A stretch of DNA of 64,000 nt from Octopus sinensis (GCF_006345805.1 NC_043020.1:3038001-3102000), one strand, 5' to 3'; positions 11,443 through 24,909 are shown, numbered from the stretch's first letter. Notes: a model not told the origin generated them from the letters alone. Numbers and translations: made by a program.

Positions 11443-12357
11443 ATTAATAGAATATGAGGTAGTTCAACTCTATCTGACATTACTTATTACCACCAATATC
11501 AGATGAAGCCACTGGAAATGAAGCATCTACCTCTGATCTCATAGGTGTAGCATCTAAATATCCTTCAAATCACAGCTCTTACTATCTTAAGTAGGGACCA
11601 GATGCAGAAGATAATATAGTTCAATCATAGGTGTCTTGGAACAGAGTTTATTTTGACCTAAACAACATCAACCACCACCGATATCAAGTGATAACATATT
11701 TTTGCATAAGCCATGGCCTGTCCAGCATATCCAGCATCTGATACAGTCAATAGAAGTGAGGCTGGTACTTATTCAAATAACTTGCGCCCTCCTCCCCCAA
11801 AATAATAGAAAAAATAATCTCAGACACCTCTACCTCTCCAAACTACCAAGAGAGTATCCATAGGTGGTTTATTCCATGTGATATTCCCTCCCTCCCTCTC
11901 AATTAATTAGACCACCAACAGGATATCAGTTCATGGTTCACTGCTATGTGATACTTCCACACTCTTCCACTCTTTCCTTTAAGTGGACCACCGAGAGAGG
12001 ATATAGTTAGTTGGTGGTTTAGTCAGTTGAGAGAGGGTGAGGAGGAAAGGGGTGAGACAGACTGCCGGAGGAGGGTATCAGGGTATCGCATGGCAGTGGT
12101 AGTGTTATCAAGCAACCATAAATAAACAATGAATTTACAGCAACAATAAAACAAACAAATATCATAACATAGAGTGAAGTTAATTTAAATCAATAGTGTC
12201 TATGTAACCTCAACTGGTGTTTTTAACTGATAATAAATGTTATTTCACAGCAACCTGAGGTGGTTTCCTGTAGCCATATTGATGTTTACAGTGAAGTGTT
12301 AAGTCTCTATAAAATATAATCTCAACTGGTGATTTAACTGATACCGGCATCATTGTT

Positions 12358-12598
12358 GCCTTTACTCTTTTTACTCTTTTACTTGTTTCAGTCATGTAAC
12401 TGCGGCCATGCTGGAGCACCACCTTTAGTTGAGCAAATCGACCCCAGGACTTATTCATTGCAAGACTAGTACTTATTCTATCGGTCTCTTTTGTCAAACC
12501 GCTAAGTTACAGGGACATAAACACACCAGCATCGGTTGTCAAACAATGTTGGGGGGGGGGACAAACACAGACACACAAACGTATACACACACATACAT

Positions 12599-12639
<41 letters not shown>

Positions 12640-12815
12640 CATACATATATACGACGGGCTTCTTTCAGTTTCCGTCTACCAAATCCACTCACAAGACTTT
12701 GGTCAGCCCGAGGCTATAATAGAAGACACTTGCCCAAGGTGCCATGCAGTGGGACTGAACCAGGAACCATGTGGTTGGAAAGCAAGCTTCTTACCACACA
12801 GCCATGCTTGCACCC
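12358..12815 (-). mobile_element. SINE family A, near full length
   Basis: Closely matches 10327-10764 along its length. Confidence 0.9.
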
Positions 12816-13984
12816 ATATGAATGTTAAATAATGACAATGATGATCATCATCATTTTGTTCTATACAAATTGTTATTGGCAGATAGAAGAACAAGTATCC
12901 AGCTGCAGGACATCCTACGAATTGGTTCCTCAACCAAATTTACTGTTCAGAAGAGAATTGAAAATATGACTCAAAATGTTGAATAAACTCATCAAAGCCT
13001 GGCAATGAATGATTCCTTTAATCACAAGGCGAGTTCCCTGCCCCGTGTCTTAAATATTTGGATAAGTAAATAAATAATACTTCAACAAAAATAAATTAAA
13101 TAAACAGACTCAAAGTGTTTAGAGCTGAATATTCTTTGAAATCTCAAAGAGAATAGTAATTAGTTAATTATACCAGATTATAAAATATAGAAATAGAGAA
13201 GACTACAAACAAAATGATGGTGCCATTTTCATTAGTTTTTGTCTTTAAATGCAGAGAGGAAAATGGAACCTACCACCACCATCACCAATATAAATGAAAT
13301 ACAAGACAGCAAAAAGCAAAAATAGACAAAACTTGCAATATTCTTTACACTGGAACTAGTAATTTAGTAATTTTATCTCTTTTATCAGATTCTTCAGCAA
13401 CACTAGAATATAAACTAGAAACAATAATTTACTAATTTCTTGACAACGGTATTGATGATGATGATGATGATGATGATAATATCTATGCTAATGTCAGTAG
13501 CTATGGAAGGAAATAAGTGACATTATAACTAGGTTAGCTTTAAGAAAGATGTGTAGAGTCTCAATGATTAGCTTAGAAACCAACATGTCAAAACCAGAGT
13601 TTAGCTGATTAGCCATTAATCCTGGAGCAAGGAACCACTTGCAGCTTTTGAGGCACATAAATCTGCCTCCTGGAAAGAGGGAGGAATTAGCATAAAAAAA
13701 GACATATTATACTTATTCTAATGATCATAATTTTTTTTACAAATTTAATTACATTTTCCCATGTTTCTCATAAAATTTTCTCAGTGTGACCTTCAAATAT
13801 ATGAAATTCCCCATCTTTCATATCCTGCAACAAAACCAACAAGTACAATGTAAACAAATGGAAATACTTATCAGATGAAAAGAGTGTAAAGAGAGAGAGA
13901 GAGAGCCAGGAGGGAACGGAATCCATAACTTTCTTCTCCTTATTTACCTTCTTCATAATGCTACATTTCCATAAGAGGTAAACT

Positions 13985-14600
13985 TTGTGTCATCATCCTC
14001 AACATATAATGTTTGTTTTCCTTGCAGGAGAGTTTGACAGGAAATGGCAGAGCCAGGGGCGGCACCACGTTCCATAGTCTGTGTTTGGCATGCTTTCTAC
14101 AACTGCATGCCCTTCTCAATGCCAAACACTTTACAGAGTTTACCGGATGCTTTTTACATGGCACCTTGGTTTTAGGAACCCAGTTCTGTTGTGATGGGCA
14201 GCAGCTCTTCTCAAGTACAGCAATGTGCCACATATCTCAGGCCTATGGGCATATTGGCTTCATTTCTTTCAAACCTATGCATGTCCTTGGCTGTCACAGC
14301 CCATGTTTCACTGCCATGTAGCATAGCTGTTTGCACACAGACATGTTACAGTATTTCATTCTGGGAGAGAGGCTCTTTGTTGCCAGCAGAGGTAGGAGCT
14401 CTCTGAACTTTGTCCAGCTTAATCTTATTCTCACAGCTACACTCTTAGAGCACCCACCTCCACTACTAACTTCATCACCTAGATAACAGAAGATATCTGC
14501 CACCTCTAGCTTGTTCCCCTGGCAATTAATGGAGTGTATTTTCTGCACATTTCCAGTGTTTAATGTACCTGTACATCTTCCACATACAAAAACTAGTCTC
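13985..14600 (-). mobile_element. RTE LINE 3' fragment (RT remnant plus 3' UTR, internally deleted)
   Basis: LEVADIFCYLGDEVSSGGGCSKSVAVRIRLSWTKFRELLPLL matches RTE RT (FCYLG...SGGG..S...RI...W.KF.EL), continuing into the family tail seen at 1-195. Confidence 0.85.
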
Positions 14601-14953
14601 TCTGTTAACCTTCCTCTGATATTGTGTGTGTGTGTGTGTGCATGCTAATTGTATAAACTTTTTACAATAGTTGATTTATGGAAAAGATTATGTAAAATGG
14701 TATGTGCTGGCTGTGTGAGCAACTGGTTGTTTCAATGAAGGAACAAATGGGAATTCCATTAGAAAAAGTTTTAATTGATTTTCTTGGTAACTATGGGGGC
14801 TAGGAACAAAAATACAAACTGCATTCCAATCTATGCACCAATCTCCACATGTGTGCCAATTTTCACATGAATCCATCCAGCCGTTTGGCTGTGAACCTCA
14901 AGACAAGGAAGAATACAACGATAGCCCATGTCCAATTCATATTATAGAATAGA
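14593..14953 (-). mobile_element. Possible non-autonomous Helitron-like element
   Basis: Minus-strand 5' end A|TCTATTCTATAAT and a CTAG|T at 14593-14596; internal TGTGCCAATTTTCACATGAATCCATCCAGCCGTTTG resembles HINE/DINE-1-like motifs. No 3' hairpin was evident. Confidence 0.4.
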
Positions 14954-15487
14954 TGCACACACACACAGGTACATATAGCATCATCATCAGTTAACGTCCG
15001 TCTCCCATGCTGGCATGGGTTGGAGATACATACGGACAGACGTGGTGGCTGGTTGGCTGGTTGATTGATTGATTTCTCCAGGCATGCTTTACATTATATA
15101 TATATAGAGAGGGGGGGGGGAATAAAATAGAGATAGAGAGAGGGGGAATAAAAGAGATAGAGAGAAAGTTAACGTAAGAGGTAGAGGATGAGTGTGTCAT
15201 AACTTTCTGAAGGATACATATTTTTATAGAATTTTGCAGTCTTTGATGCAGTAGATGGCAATCATGATGACAGAATTTACAAAAATAATGACATACATTT
15301 ATTGCAGATATATCAATGAGAAATTTGTTTCATTTGATTTTTAAGGTAAAAAAAAAAGTCTTTCTTTTGAAAATTAGTCTTCATTTCATCCGTTTGTATA
15401 AGCACCATGACACTTGATAAAAGTTAAAATTGTAATTATTTTATGTATGCCATACTTTCTGATATTACCCATGATGGCAAAAGCATA

Positions 15488-16455
15488 TGAGGTGGTATCA
15501 AAAAGTTCCTGGATTAGGTATGTTTAATAAAAAATAACTTATTTACCTAAGTTTTATTTCCTTCAAGACAGTCACCTGGTGCAGCAATGCACCGGTCCCA
15601 GCATCCCTGCCACTTTTGGAATCCCACCTGGAAGTAATTTTCCGTACACAAGTTGGGGACCTTCTGTGATTCACTCTGGATCTCAACAATGTGTTAAAAC
15701 AGCGACCTTTGAACAGCATTTTCATCTTGGGGAAGAGATGGAAGCCTGCAGAGGCTAAATCTGGTGAACATGATGGGTGCAGAAGCAATACCATGTTGTT
15801 TTTGGTGAGAAACACACAAGTGAAGAGAGATCAATGACAGGGTGCATTGGCATCACGAGAATCCAATTCTTCATAATCTGTAGATTCAGTCACTTTTGTG
15901 GAATGTCCTCCCTCAAACGCTTCAAACCATCGCTGTAGAACTCTCAATTGATGGTCTGGCCCTGGGGGGACAGATTCTCAATGCACAATACCAAAGACAT
16001 AAAAAAAAAAAACCGATGAGCATGCTTTTGGTTGAGCTGTGGCTTTGCTGTGTCTTCTTTGGTTCTGGAGACGAAGGGCTCTTCCACTGTGACAACTGCT
16101 GCTTCATCTCAGGTTTGTACCCATCGACCCAACTCTCATTACCGGTGATGATCCTCAACATGAAGGATGGGTTATTAGCAGCACACTGACAGAGATCTTG
16201 ACAGACTTTGACATGAGGTTCTTTCTGTTCAGTGGTCAGAAGATGGGACAAACATGGCAGAGACATGCCACATGTTCATTTCAGATGTTAGAATTACCTG
16301 CACAGACCCATATGACAGGCCAATAACACTAGCAATGTTGATTGTCTTCCGAGGATCCTCATGCACAAACTGATGAATTTCCGCCACATTTCCAGGGGTG
16401 ACACTCATGATAGGCCTTACAGATTGCCCATCGGCTCCCTGGGACATTCTTCCAC
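15488..16455 (-). mobile_element. Decayed mariner transposon (D,D34D-type transposase pseudogene)
   Basis: Frames give FVPS/HLLTTEQKE..VKVCQDL...RIITGNESWVDGYKPEMKQQLSQWKSP and HPSCSPDLASAGFHLFPKMK; TIR-like TA|TGAGGTGGTATCAAAAAGTTCC at 15486; multiple frameshifts. Confidence 0.9.
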
Positions 16456-16509
16456 TTCTGAAGCGCACATACCACACACATATATATACATATATACCCC
16501 ACCCACCGC

Positions 16510-16730
16510 AAGGGACATTTAGGGGTGGTGAGAATAGGCGAGGTGATACAGAGGCTTGGGCTGGGTGAGTAGGCAGGATGAAGTGACTGTAATAAATGAT
16601 GGAGAGATATACAGAAGAGGCTTGAGGGGGGGGGGGCAGGGTTGCAGTAGATAAGTGAGGGTATTGAGGGTGACAGCAGGTAAACAAGGAGTTGGTGATG
16701 GAGAGCAGCACAGGGAGGGGAGATGGCGTA
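16510..16730 (-). mobile_element. Possible degenerate Penelope-like RT remnant
   Basis: Shares CACTTCATCCT and similar composition with the clear remnant at 51195-51592; heavily decayed. Confidence 0.25.
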
Positions 16731-17524
16731 TCATCAGTCAGGGGCTAGAGTAAAAGACAGGTGCCCAAAGTGACATGCAGTAGGATGAAAGCATGTGGCT
16801 GGGAAGCAAACTTGTTAACCACTCAACCATCCTTAAGACAGGAAAGGAGACAGACAGACAGCAGCAGACAGACAGGCAGGCAGACAGGCAGGCAGACAGA
16901 CAGGCAGACAGACAGACAACAGACAAATGTCATACACAAATGTTCTTTATGCAAATGTTTATTTCTAAAAACAAAAAGGAAATAAAGAAAAAAAGTAATA
17001 AAGAAAAAAGTTCAAGAAAAAATACAAAATATATTTTGGAAAATATATGAAATATTGCGGAACAAGAAAAAGCCAGGACAATTAAATGTGACTGTAGAAA
17101 CATCATCGAAATTTGATCCCCAATTAAAGTTAATAGCTGTTGTACAAGAAACTGATCCAACAAGTATTGTTGAGATAAGAGGGACAAACCAGAATGATGG
17201 AGCTGATGGAGCAGGCAATGGAGATAACATCTGGCAATAAAGAGGCGAACATGGTTGAGCAGCAGTAGTAGTAGTAGTAGTAGTAGTAGTAATAGCAGCA
17301 ATATCGTAATACCACCAAGCTCCATCGTAACAATCACCACCACCGCACTACCAACATGAAGGATAACAATGAACCAATGAAGAAGCTTCTACATGCTTGC
17401 ACAACCTGCTAGAAATAGCAAACAAATTTTCTTCAAATTACAAACTCTATAAAGAAGGGACACAGATAAATGAAATCCTCCTACATACTCCCCCCCCCCA
17501 AAAAAAACAGATAGCCATGACTGG

Positions 17525-17753
17525 ATTACCTATTTCTTTACTACCCACAAGGACAAACAAGGACAGACAAACGGATTAAGTCGATCATATCAAACCCCCC
17601 TCCCTCCCAGTGCGTAACTGGTACGTATTTAATCGACCCCGAAATGATGAAAGGCAAAATCAACTTCGGCAGAATTTGAACTCAGGACATAACGGCAGAC
17701 GAAATACAGCTACGCATTTCGCCCGGCATGCTAACGTTTCTGCCAGCTCGCCG
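17525..17753 (-). mobile_element. SINE family B, near full length
   Basis: Reverse complement GGCGAGCTGGCAGAAACGTTAGCATGCCGGGCGAAATGC...GAGTTCAAATTCTGCCG...GTACCAGTTACGCACTGGG...TTGTGGGTAGTAAAGAAATAGG. Confidence 0.85.
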
Positions 17754-19224
17754 GGAATACCTTAGGTCATAGGTTTGCTCAAATGTATTTGACCAGGGTT
17801 TATGTTGTATGGTATTTGATATAGCTGCATCTATCTGTGTTGTTCATATACATCTCACTGACCACTCCGAGTAATTTCACTTCGCTCATTTTCGTTTAAA
17901 ATATGCAAATTACCTAGGCTAAAAATGAGCTAAGTGAGGGAGTGTGTCCTGTCCCCAAGAAAAGCTGTCTCTTTGACCTTGTCAAATTACTGGACAATTA
18001 TTTTCAGTTCCAGCTTCTGTATTGTTGGAAGCAAATCACACACTTGTTGCTGTTGTCTCTAAAAGATTTCCTAAAGCGTCTCATATAATTCGCTGAGCTT
18101 TTGAAAGCTAGTCTTCTCGTGGAGATTCCGCTTTGCTGCTGCATAATGAATAATCATTTGGAATCTTTATTTTCCAAGCATGAAAACATTTTTATGAATA
18201 TATTTCAGCTACCATGGTAACAAACTACAATGGCAGACAGTCATACTCAAAACTTAAAAGAAATTAATAAATAAATAACAATGGCAAAAATATTATGAAC
18301 CAAGAAGACAGATTAAGAAGTTTTGTTCTAACAAACACTGAGAATTTATATCTGCAGGAAATAGATAATTACAGTATTCTAAAAATGCTGATCCATGTCA
18401 AATGTGGAAAAATATAACCTGAGATGTTACAACACTTTGACTAAATATTTCAGGAGTGAAGCTTAATTATATCATCAACATCATTTTAATGTCCACTTTA
18501 TCTTATTTGCATCGGTCAGATGGAGTTTTGCTGAAGCAGATTTTCTACAGCCATTTTCTGGGCAAGACATGAAATGAAATAAAGTACAATTAAGAAGAGG
18601 TGAATCTTTTTCAATAAATGCTACAGGACAAGCCTCACACTAATACAGCCCTCCCCATACTTGAGAAAAGTAGCAAGTAACATGGTATTGGTATTCAGTT
18701 CTTGTTTGAGTATCTAGGTCTATAACCTAATTTCAATTCCCAGAGGTAAAACAAAAAGCACACATACAGAAATAATGTCTTTGGAGCATGGTCTTGAATG
18801 CTTAAACTTTGTCCATTTCCTTCTTTCATAAATATCAGGGGACAGATTTTCTTTTGTTTTGTTTTTTTTATGCATTTCATCCAAGAGGTGTTAAGAACAA
18901 AGACAACGAATCAAGAAGTTTTTGGTTCTAAAAAACACTGAGAATTAATATCTGCGGGAAATAGATAATTATTACAGAGTTCTAAAAGTGCGTCTGCAAA
19001 AATATAATCTAGCTGAGGGGTAAACAACTTGACAAAATATTTCTAGAGTGAAGCTTAATTATGATAAATATCATCATCATCTTTTTAATGCCCACTTTAT
19101 CACACTTGCATGAGTCAGGTGGAATTTTGCTGAGACATCGTCATACACTTTAGAATGATTATTGAATTTTACAAAAAAGGAAAAACAAAAACATTCTTCT
19201 CACGTTGCCACAAATTTAATTACT

Positions 19225-19681
19225 GTGGTCTCGTCAAGTGTAGTCTGGCATAGTGTAGTAAAATGTATATGTTGGAGTGTACAGTGAGTGGTATAGAGTG
19301 ATGTAGTATATCAGAATGTGGAGTGGTGTGGCATAATGCCATTTGGTGTGGTGTAGTGTTACGTAATGTAATACAGTGTAGTGAGATGAAAAGTGTGTGT
19401 GCCATGTGTGTGGGAGTGGAATATGTGAATGCAGTGTGTGTCTGTATGCATCAAGTGGTATATGTGAATAGTGTCCATGTATGCATGTGCAGAGAGGTGA
19501 ATGGGTATTGCATATGATATAGAGTGAGCATGTATTGTAGTATGGTGTAATACAGTGTATGTGTGTGTGTGTGTGTGTGGTGCAGGACATGTGTGCATGT
19601 GGATGAGATTGTGATCTGTTCTGTATGTCAGTGTGTGAATTGCAATGCTGTAGTGCTGTGCAGTGTGTATGTGTGTGCGTG

Positions 19682-19717
<36 letters not shown>

Positions 19718-19725
19718 CACACACA
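19225..19725. repeat. GT/GTA-rich low-complexity tract ending in (CA)n
   Basis: Degenerate TGTAG/TGTG repeats; accounts for overlapping ORF-track entries. Confidence 0.85.
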
Positions 19726-19796
19726 TGTTGTGTGTGTTCACAACTTCAATGTCAATTAGGCAAACGAAGGAAGAGGAATTGATTTGCAGAGGTTAC

Positions 19797-19890
19797 ATTG
19801 ATAGCATTTGATGAGCTGCTTTCTCCGCACTGGATTAAAGAAATTGATTCCCGGAATGAGCTCCATTGGCTCTGGTGTGAGACAGGTAGA
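19797..19890 (-). CDS. Probable coding exon (LPVSHQSQWSSFRESISLIQCGESSSSNAIN)
   Basis: Acceptor gtgaattttccag, donor AAT|GTAACC; 94 nt; phase 2 to 0 joins exon 8668-8789. Other frames and the opposite strand are also open here. Confidence 0.45.
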
Positions 19891-19950
19891 CTGGAAAATT
19901 CACATGGACAGATGCTTTGCTGAAGAAACTTCCTTTACTTAAACAGATGA

Positions 19951-19982
<32 letters not shown>

Positions 19983-20418
19983 GAGGAAAAAGAATGGAGA
20001 AAAAAGAGGGGAGGGGTAAAATAGACAGAGTGAAAATTCGAGAGGTAAGAGAGAGAGAAAGATGGGAGGCAAGAAATACAGGAAATAAAATATCATCAGG
20101 AAGTCTGTAAAGTGGAATAAATTATCATCGGAAATTTAGCTTAGTTTTAGTTTAGGTTAAGGATGTAGGTAAAAGACTGACACTATGTAGTTCTGTAAAT
20201 ATTTTACACACACACACATCTACTATATAAGTGCAAGTGTGTGTGATTATGTTTGCATGTTTAGAACAAAAAGGCTCTGAAATGGTGCATCCTTGAGAAA
20301 AACGAATTTGATTTTTCAAATCTGCATTCCACAGACAACATTGTTCATAAAAAAAAAAAAAAAAAATTTGTTCTGAGAAATAACTCAACTTTTAGAGCGA
20401 CAAATCTCCCACCCTCAA

Positions 20419-20454
<36 letters not shown>

Positions 20455-21469
20455 TACCATACTCTTTGACACTCACTCTCTTTGTATATGCATTAATTCT
20501 CACACACAGCTTTCATTTTGTTGAAAACCTCTTCTTTTAAAGTCTACTTTCATTTCATGACAGCTGTTATACACAAATCCTGTTTTCTGATTGGGTAAAA
20601 ATGATCAAGCTTTAAACCTCAGTAACATTTTTCTAAAATTTTTCTGCAATAAGTGAATCACAAACTCAGATCCAGTGTGAAAATATACATCAATAAACCA
20701 AATTTTAAAATTTTCACTTAATTTTTAAAATTTCAAAATCTGTGACAGCAACAAATAAGATCTCTCTCTCCCTCTATTCATCTATCTCTTTCATTTTCTC
20801 TAGGTAAACTTGCTCATTCTCTATAAAAATATATCGCTAACAGTGAGTGTGTGTATGTATTTGTCAGTGTGAGCATGTATGCATGTGATATAAAAAAAGG
20901 TATGTAAAAGATAATTTATTTTAATGACATACCTTTTTGTTAGTAAATTTGTTTTCTTTTACACACACACACACACACACACATGGACTCACTTGATGTG
21001 GGGTGGGGTTAAAGGTTGTTCTTGCTTAAATCCCAGCAATTGACCACTGCATCATCATTCCATGAAATGTGTTTTTAGGGAGAAAAATATTGAAAAAAAA
21101 ATCAATACATATCAGTGTGATAAACAAATGAGGAAGGTATGAAGTGGTCGTGGGATGTGCTAGAAACGCCAGCTAAACCTCCCTTTAATCACCTTCTCGC
21201 CTGAAAATTATTTTGAAATTACAAATAGAAAAAAAAAAAAAAATTGTAGATTCGGACCATATATATTTTAAAACCAGGATTTTAAAAATTTTGAAAAAAA
21301 GCTGAAATTTTAGGATTGATTTTTGATTAAAATGTTTCTGAAAATTTTGCTATTGCTTTTAAATTACATTTCATTTTCTGTCTGAAAATGAAGGAGGAGG
21401 GGATTGTGATCACGGATTTCCAAATTTTTGTTTTTTTTCTTTTTTAACCTTCAAGGCTCCTCCCATCAT

Positions 21470-21553
21470 GAAGAGGCTGTAAGATGTGTCCCATGTATCA
21501 TGAAAACGAAGTCCCCCCAGACTGTAATGGTCTTTGGGTGTGTCTCCAGTGAA
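21470..21553 (+). mobile_element. DD37D/maT-like transposase fragment
   Basis: VPCIMKTKSPQTVMVFGCVSSE resembles the maT KTKFP.SVMV.G.VSSEG motif; cut off by a family A SINE tail at 21555-21780. Confidence 0.55.
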
Positions 21554-22196
21554 ATGTCTACATGTGTGTGTGTCTTTGTATCCACGTCTGCCCCCCACCA
21601 CAGACTGACAACCAGTGTTGGTGTTTGCAACCCCATAACTTAGCGGTTCGGCATAAGAGACCAATACAATAAATACCAGGCATTAAAAAATACAAGTATT
21701 GGGGTGAATTCAGTCAACTAAAAATTCAAGGTGGTGCTCCAGCATGGCAACAGTCTAATGGCTGAAACAAGTAAAAGACAAAAAAAAAATCATTAATATA
21801 CATCTTTGTTTCCTGTATTAATCAATAAAAGCTCAATCTTCATATTTACTGAATTCATTAACTATAATAGACTGAAAAAGAAATAAATTGAAATTAATAA
21901 TTACAACACCATTTAAACCTTCCAACACGAACTCACCTGAGACTATGTCCAACTCAGTGACACAAACCTGCTTCTATTAGAGTGTTTAATATTTGAATTA
22001 AAACCTCCCATCATTATTTTATTTTTTATGCAAAACACCTTTCCATTGAGTGATATTTTAAATACCAGCTAAATCAACACCATTGTCATTGTTTTTATGC
22101 CTGCTTTTTCTAAGCTGGACAAGACTTCTTGAAGCAACAGTATTCCAGGACTAGCTGCCCTTCCACTCACCAACCATTACTTTTCAAATAAAGTAC

Positions 22197-22234
22197 CTTA
22201 TTTCACTGATTTTGCCCATTGAACAACCAAGCAA
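22197..22234 (-). CDS. Possible micro-exon (LLGCSMGKISEI)
   Basis: Acceptor aaacaatatccag, donor AAG|GTACTT; 38 nt; phase 0 to 2 joins 19797-19890. Confidence 0.35.
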
Positions 22235-24871
22235 CTGGATATTGTTTATGAGTGAACATAGAAAAACATTATCACTGCCGAAAGGAGTCAGAGAATATCC
22301 TCATTGTGAAACACACACACATGCAGACACACACATGTATATGCAGGCTTCTATCAAATTTCCTGCATAAGGTCTTGGTCAGCTTGAAGCTAAAGTAAAA
22401 GTTCAAAGTGTCATGAAGTAGGACTGAACTTGAAACTAAACGTTTGCAAAATGAACTTTTAATGCACAACCATGGCTTGAGTCTATTGTCTAGAAATAAA
22501 TGTAGAGGTGGTTCTATTAAATGCAGAAAAAATTTATTTTTTTAAAAATTAATTGGACCTCATAGAAAGGGCCGTTTGATTAGAACATAAAAAAGAAGAA
22601 ATTCTATTTCATCAAAACTTTGACAGATAACGCAAATCCGAGATACGGATATCTTCTATTAACATCCTGCTAAAGTTTTGTATAATCAGAGTGTGTGGCA
22701 TTCTCACCTTTCCCAACAGCAGGAGTGACCAGAGCGAAGTGAAATAGATGTAGATACAGGGTTACCTCTAAGAGATGTAGTAAAGAAGTGTGTCTTAGAG
22801 CTTATCTGTAGATATAACACAGTAAAAGACTGTTAAATACACATCTGGTCCTTCATTCACGGGGCAGGCTTAGCGTTAGCATCCCTGTTGTGTATAAATA
22901 TTTCTTGCTATGTAAATATAAACAGAAAGTAAAACAAACACATCTATCTGTCAAAATAATCTAGAAAGATATATGTTTGGATTTCATCAGCACTCTGATG
23001 GAAACCCCAACACATCACACCAATTCTAGATTACTCTGATATTGGTTACAGGTTTCTAACAGGAGTGACAAGGTCGCAGATGCACATCTTATGCAGAACA
23101 AATACCACAAGGTATTTTTATTTTCTTGTCAGTGCTTACAACTATTGCCAATACACATCAGCAAGACATACACACACACATTTATACACATATCAACGAC
23201 AACTCCTGAAACTTAATCCAGAGCATGCAATCTTAAAAATTAAAGTCCTATAATTGAAGCTGAGTATGTGTAGCACAGACAAACTTTCTTTCCACTTGTC
23301 TCTCATAATAATGAAAGACAAATTAAAACCGGGGTCTGCTACTTGCATTCATTTAAACATGTATTGCATGCCTTGCACTCATGCAGGAAATGCCACTGAT
23401 ATGTTATATTACTGATATATCTTTATGGATAAATAAATACACTGCAACAGTGTAATAATGTAATCGAAACAAATGGAGGCAACCACATGGAACATAACAA
23501 CAATCTTTTAAGAACCAACAATCCAACACGTTAACTCGAACTGTGAACTCCAGCTTTGAACTATCAACACATGAACTGTGGAACTAGCATCAACTGCCTC
23601 ACTTACTCAAACCGCATCATACTCTCGCACAACGTCTCCCTTCCTGAGATTTCATGTTCCAAAGGAATAAAGAAATTTTTTATTCATATTTTATACATAT
23701 TTTTTGTTAAGTCTCTCTTTCACTCAAAGTGTTTGGTCTGCTTTCTTTTTCTCAAGTTGGTTCTATGTTGTGAGGTTAGAGAACATTCCAGTCTTTCTAG
23801 AATCTAGAAGGACTTCAATCAGAATGTGTGCAAAGTCATCACTATCATCATCATCATCATCATAATAATCATTGTCATTAAGATTCAGGAGTTGTTTTTG
23901 ATGTGTGTGTGTGTCTTTTGCTGATACATATATGTTTACAGGTAATAGTTGTAAGCATTGACTAGAAAATAAAAATACCTTATGGTATTTGTTCTGCCCG
24001 AGATGTGCATATGCAACTTAGTCACTCCTGATAAAATCCCTGAGTCAGAGGACAGGTATAAAAAAACCCTCTCTACAGCACCAAAGGCAAATGCCACCTC
24101 CAAGCTAATCTTCCCAACCTATAGGTTTAGTAAGTGTAGGCTCATCTGCTCATGATTGTGTCTGTCTTTAGTCCTTTCACAGTCTCCCACCGGCACACAA
24201 CCTCATTCACCATAGCAACCAGACACAGGAAGACCAATAATAAAAATGCTTAAAAAGTAATGATTCAGTTTCCAAGAGTCAGCCCCTCTTTGACACGGAT
24301 GTCATTTGTCAAACCAATTACTTTATCATCATCATCGTTATTCTTCAATGCAATACACATGACAAAGAAGCTGTGATCATGGTGATCTGCTTGTGGCAGT
24401 GGTCGGTTATTTGTTTAGAATATCAATCAGCCTGAAGGGCCGGAACAACTGCAACAGTATAAAACATCATCATTCCTACATCAACATCATCAATTTCACA
24501 TCATTATTATCATCATCATAATCACCACCACCATCATCATCATCATCATTCTCGTCATTATTACCACCACCATCCTAACAACTACCACTGCCCTTATCAT
24601 CCTTATTACACCATCCCTCCATCTTCGTTCCTGCATCAACATGCCTGACTTCATCTCAAGTAAGTTTCATTTTAAGTCAACACTGTCCTCATCAACCCTG
24701 TCGTTAACATAAAACCCATTCTACCCCACCATCTACGCATTGCACTATGTTTCCCTCCCATCCACCCACATTGATTACATAGGTTAGCTTAAGTCCTGAG
24801 CTACTGCCATAGCAATGTGAAACACTGCGTTGTTCACTTGGCTTACCAAAGAATATCATAAATAACCAAGG

Positions 24872-24909
<38 letters not shown>

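Noticed and set aside
22707-22805. Minus-strand exon with strong AAG|GTGAGA donor
   Set aside because: Several acceptors and frames are possible, none is needed by the phase chain, and the region resembles a repeat.
23607-23643. 37-nt minus-strand segment with GA|GTAAGT donor (possible poison exon ending in TGA)
   Set aside because: Lies in a repeat-like AACTG-rich stretch with no supporting phase link.
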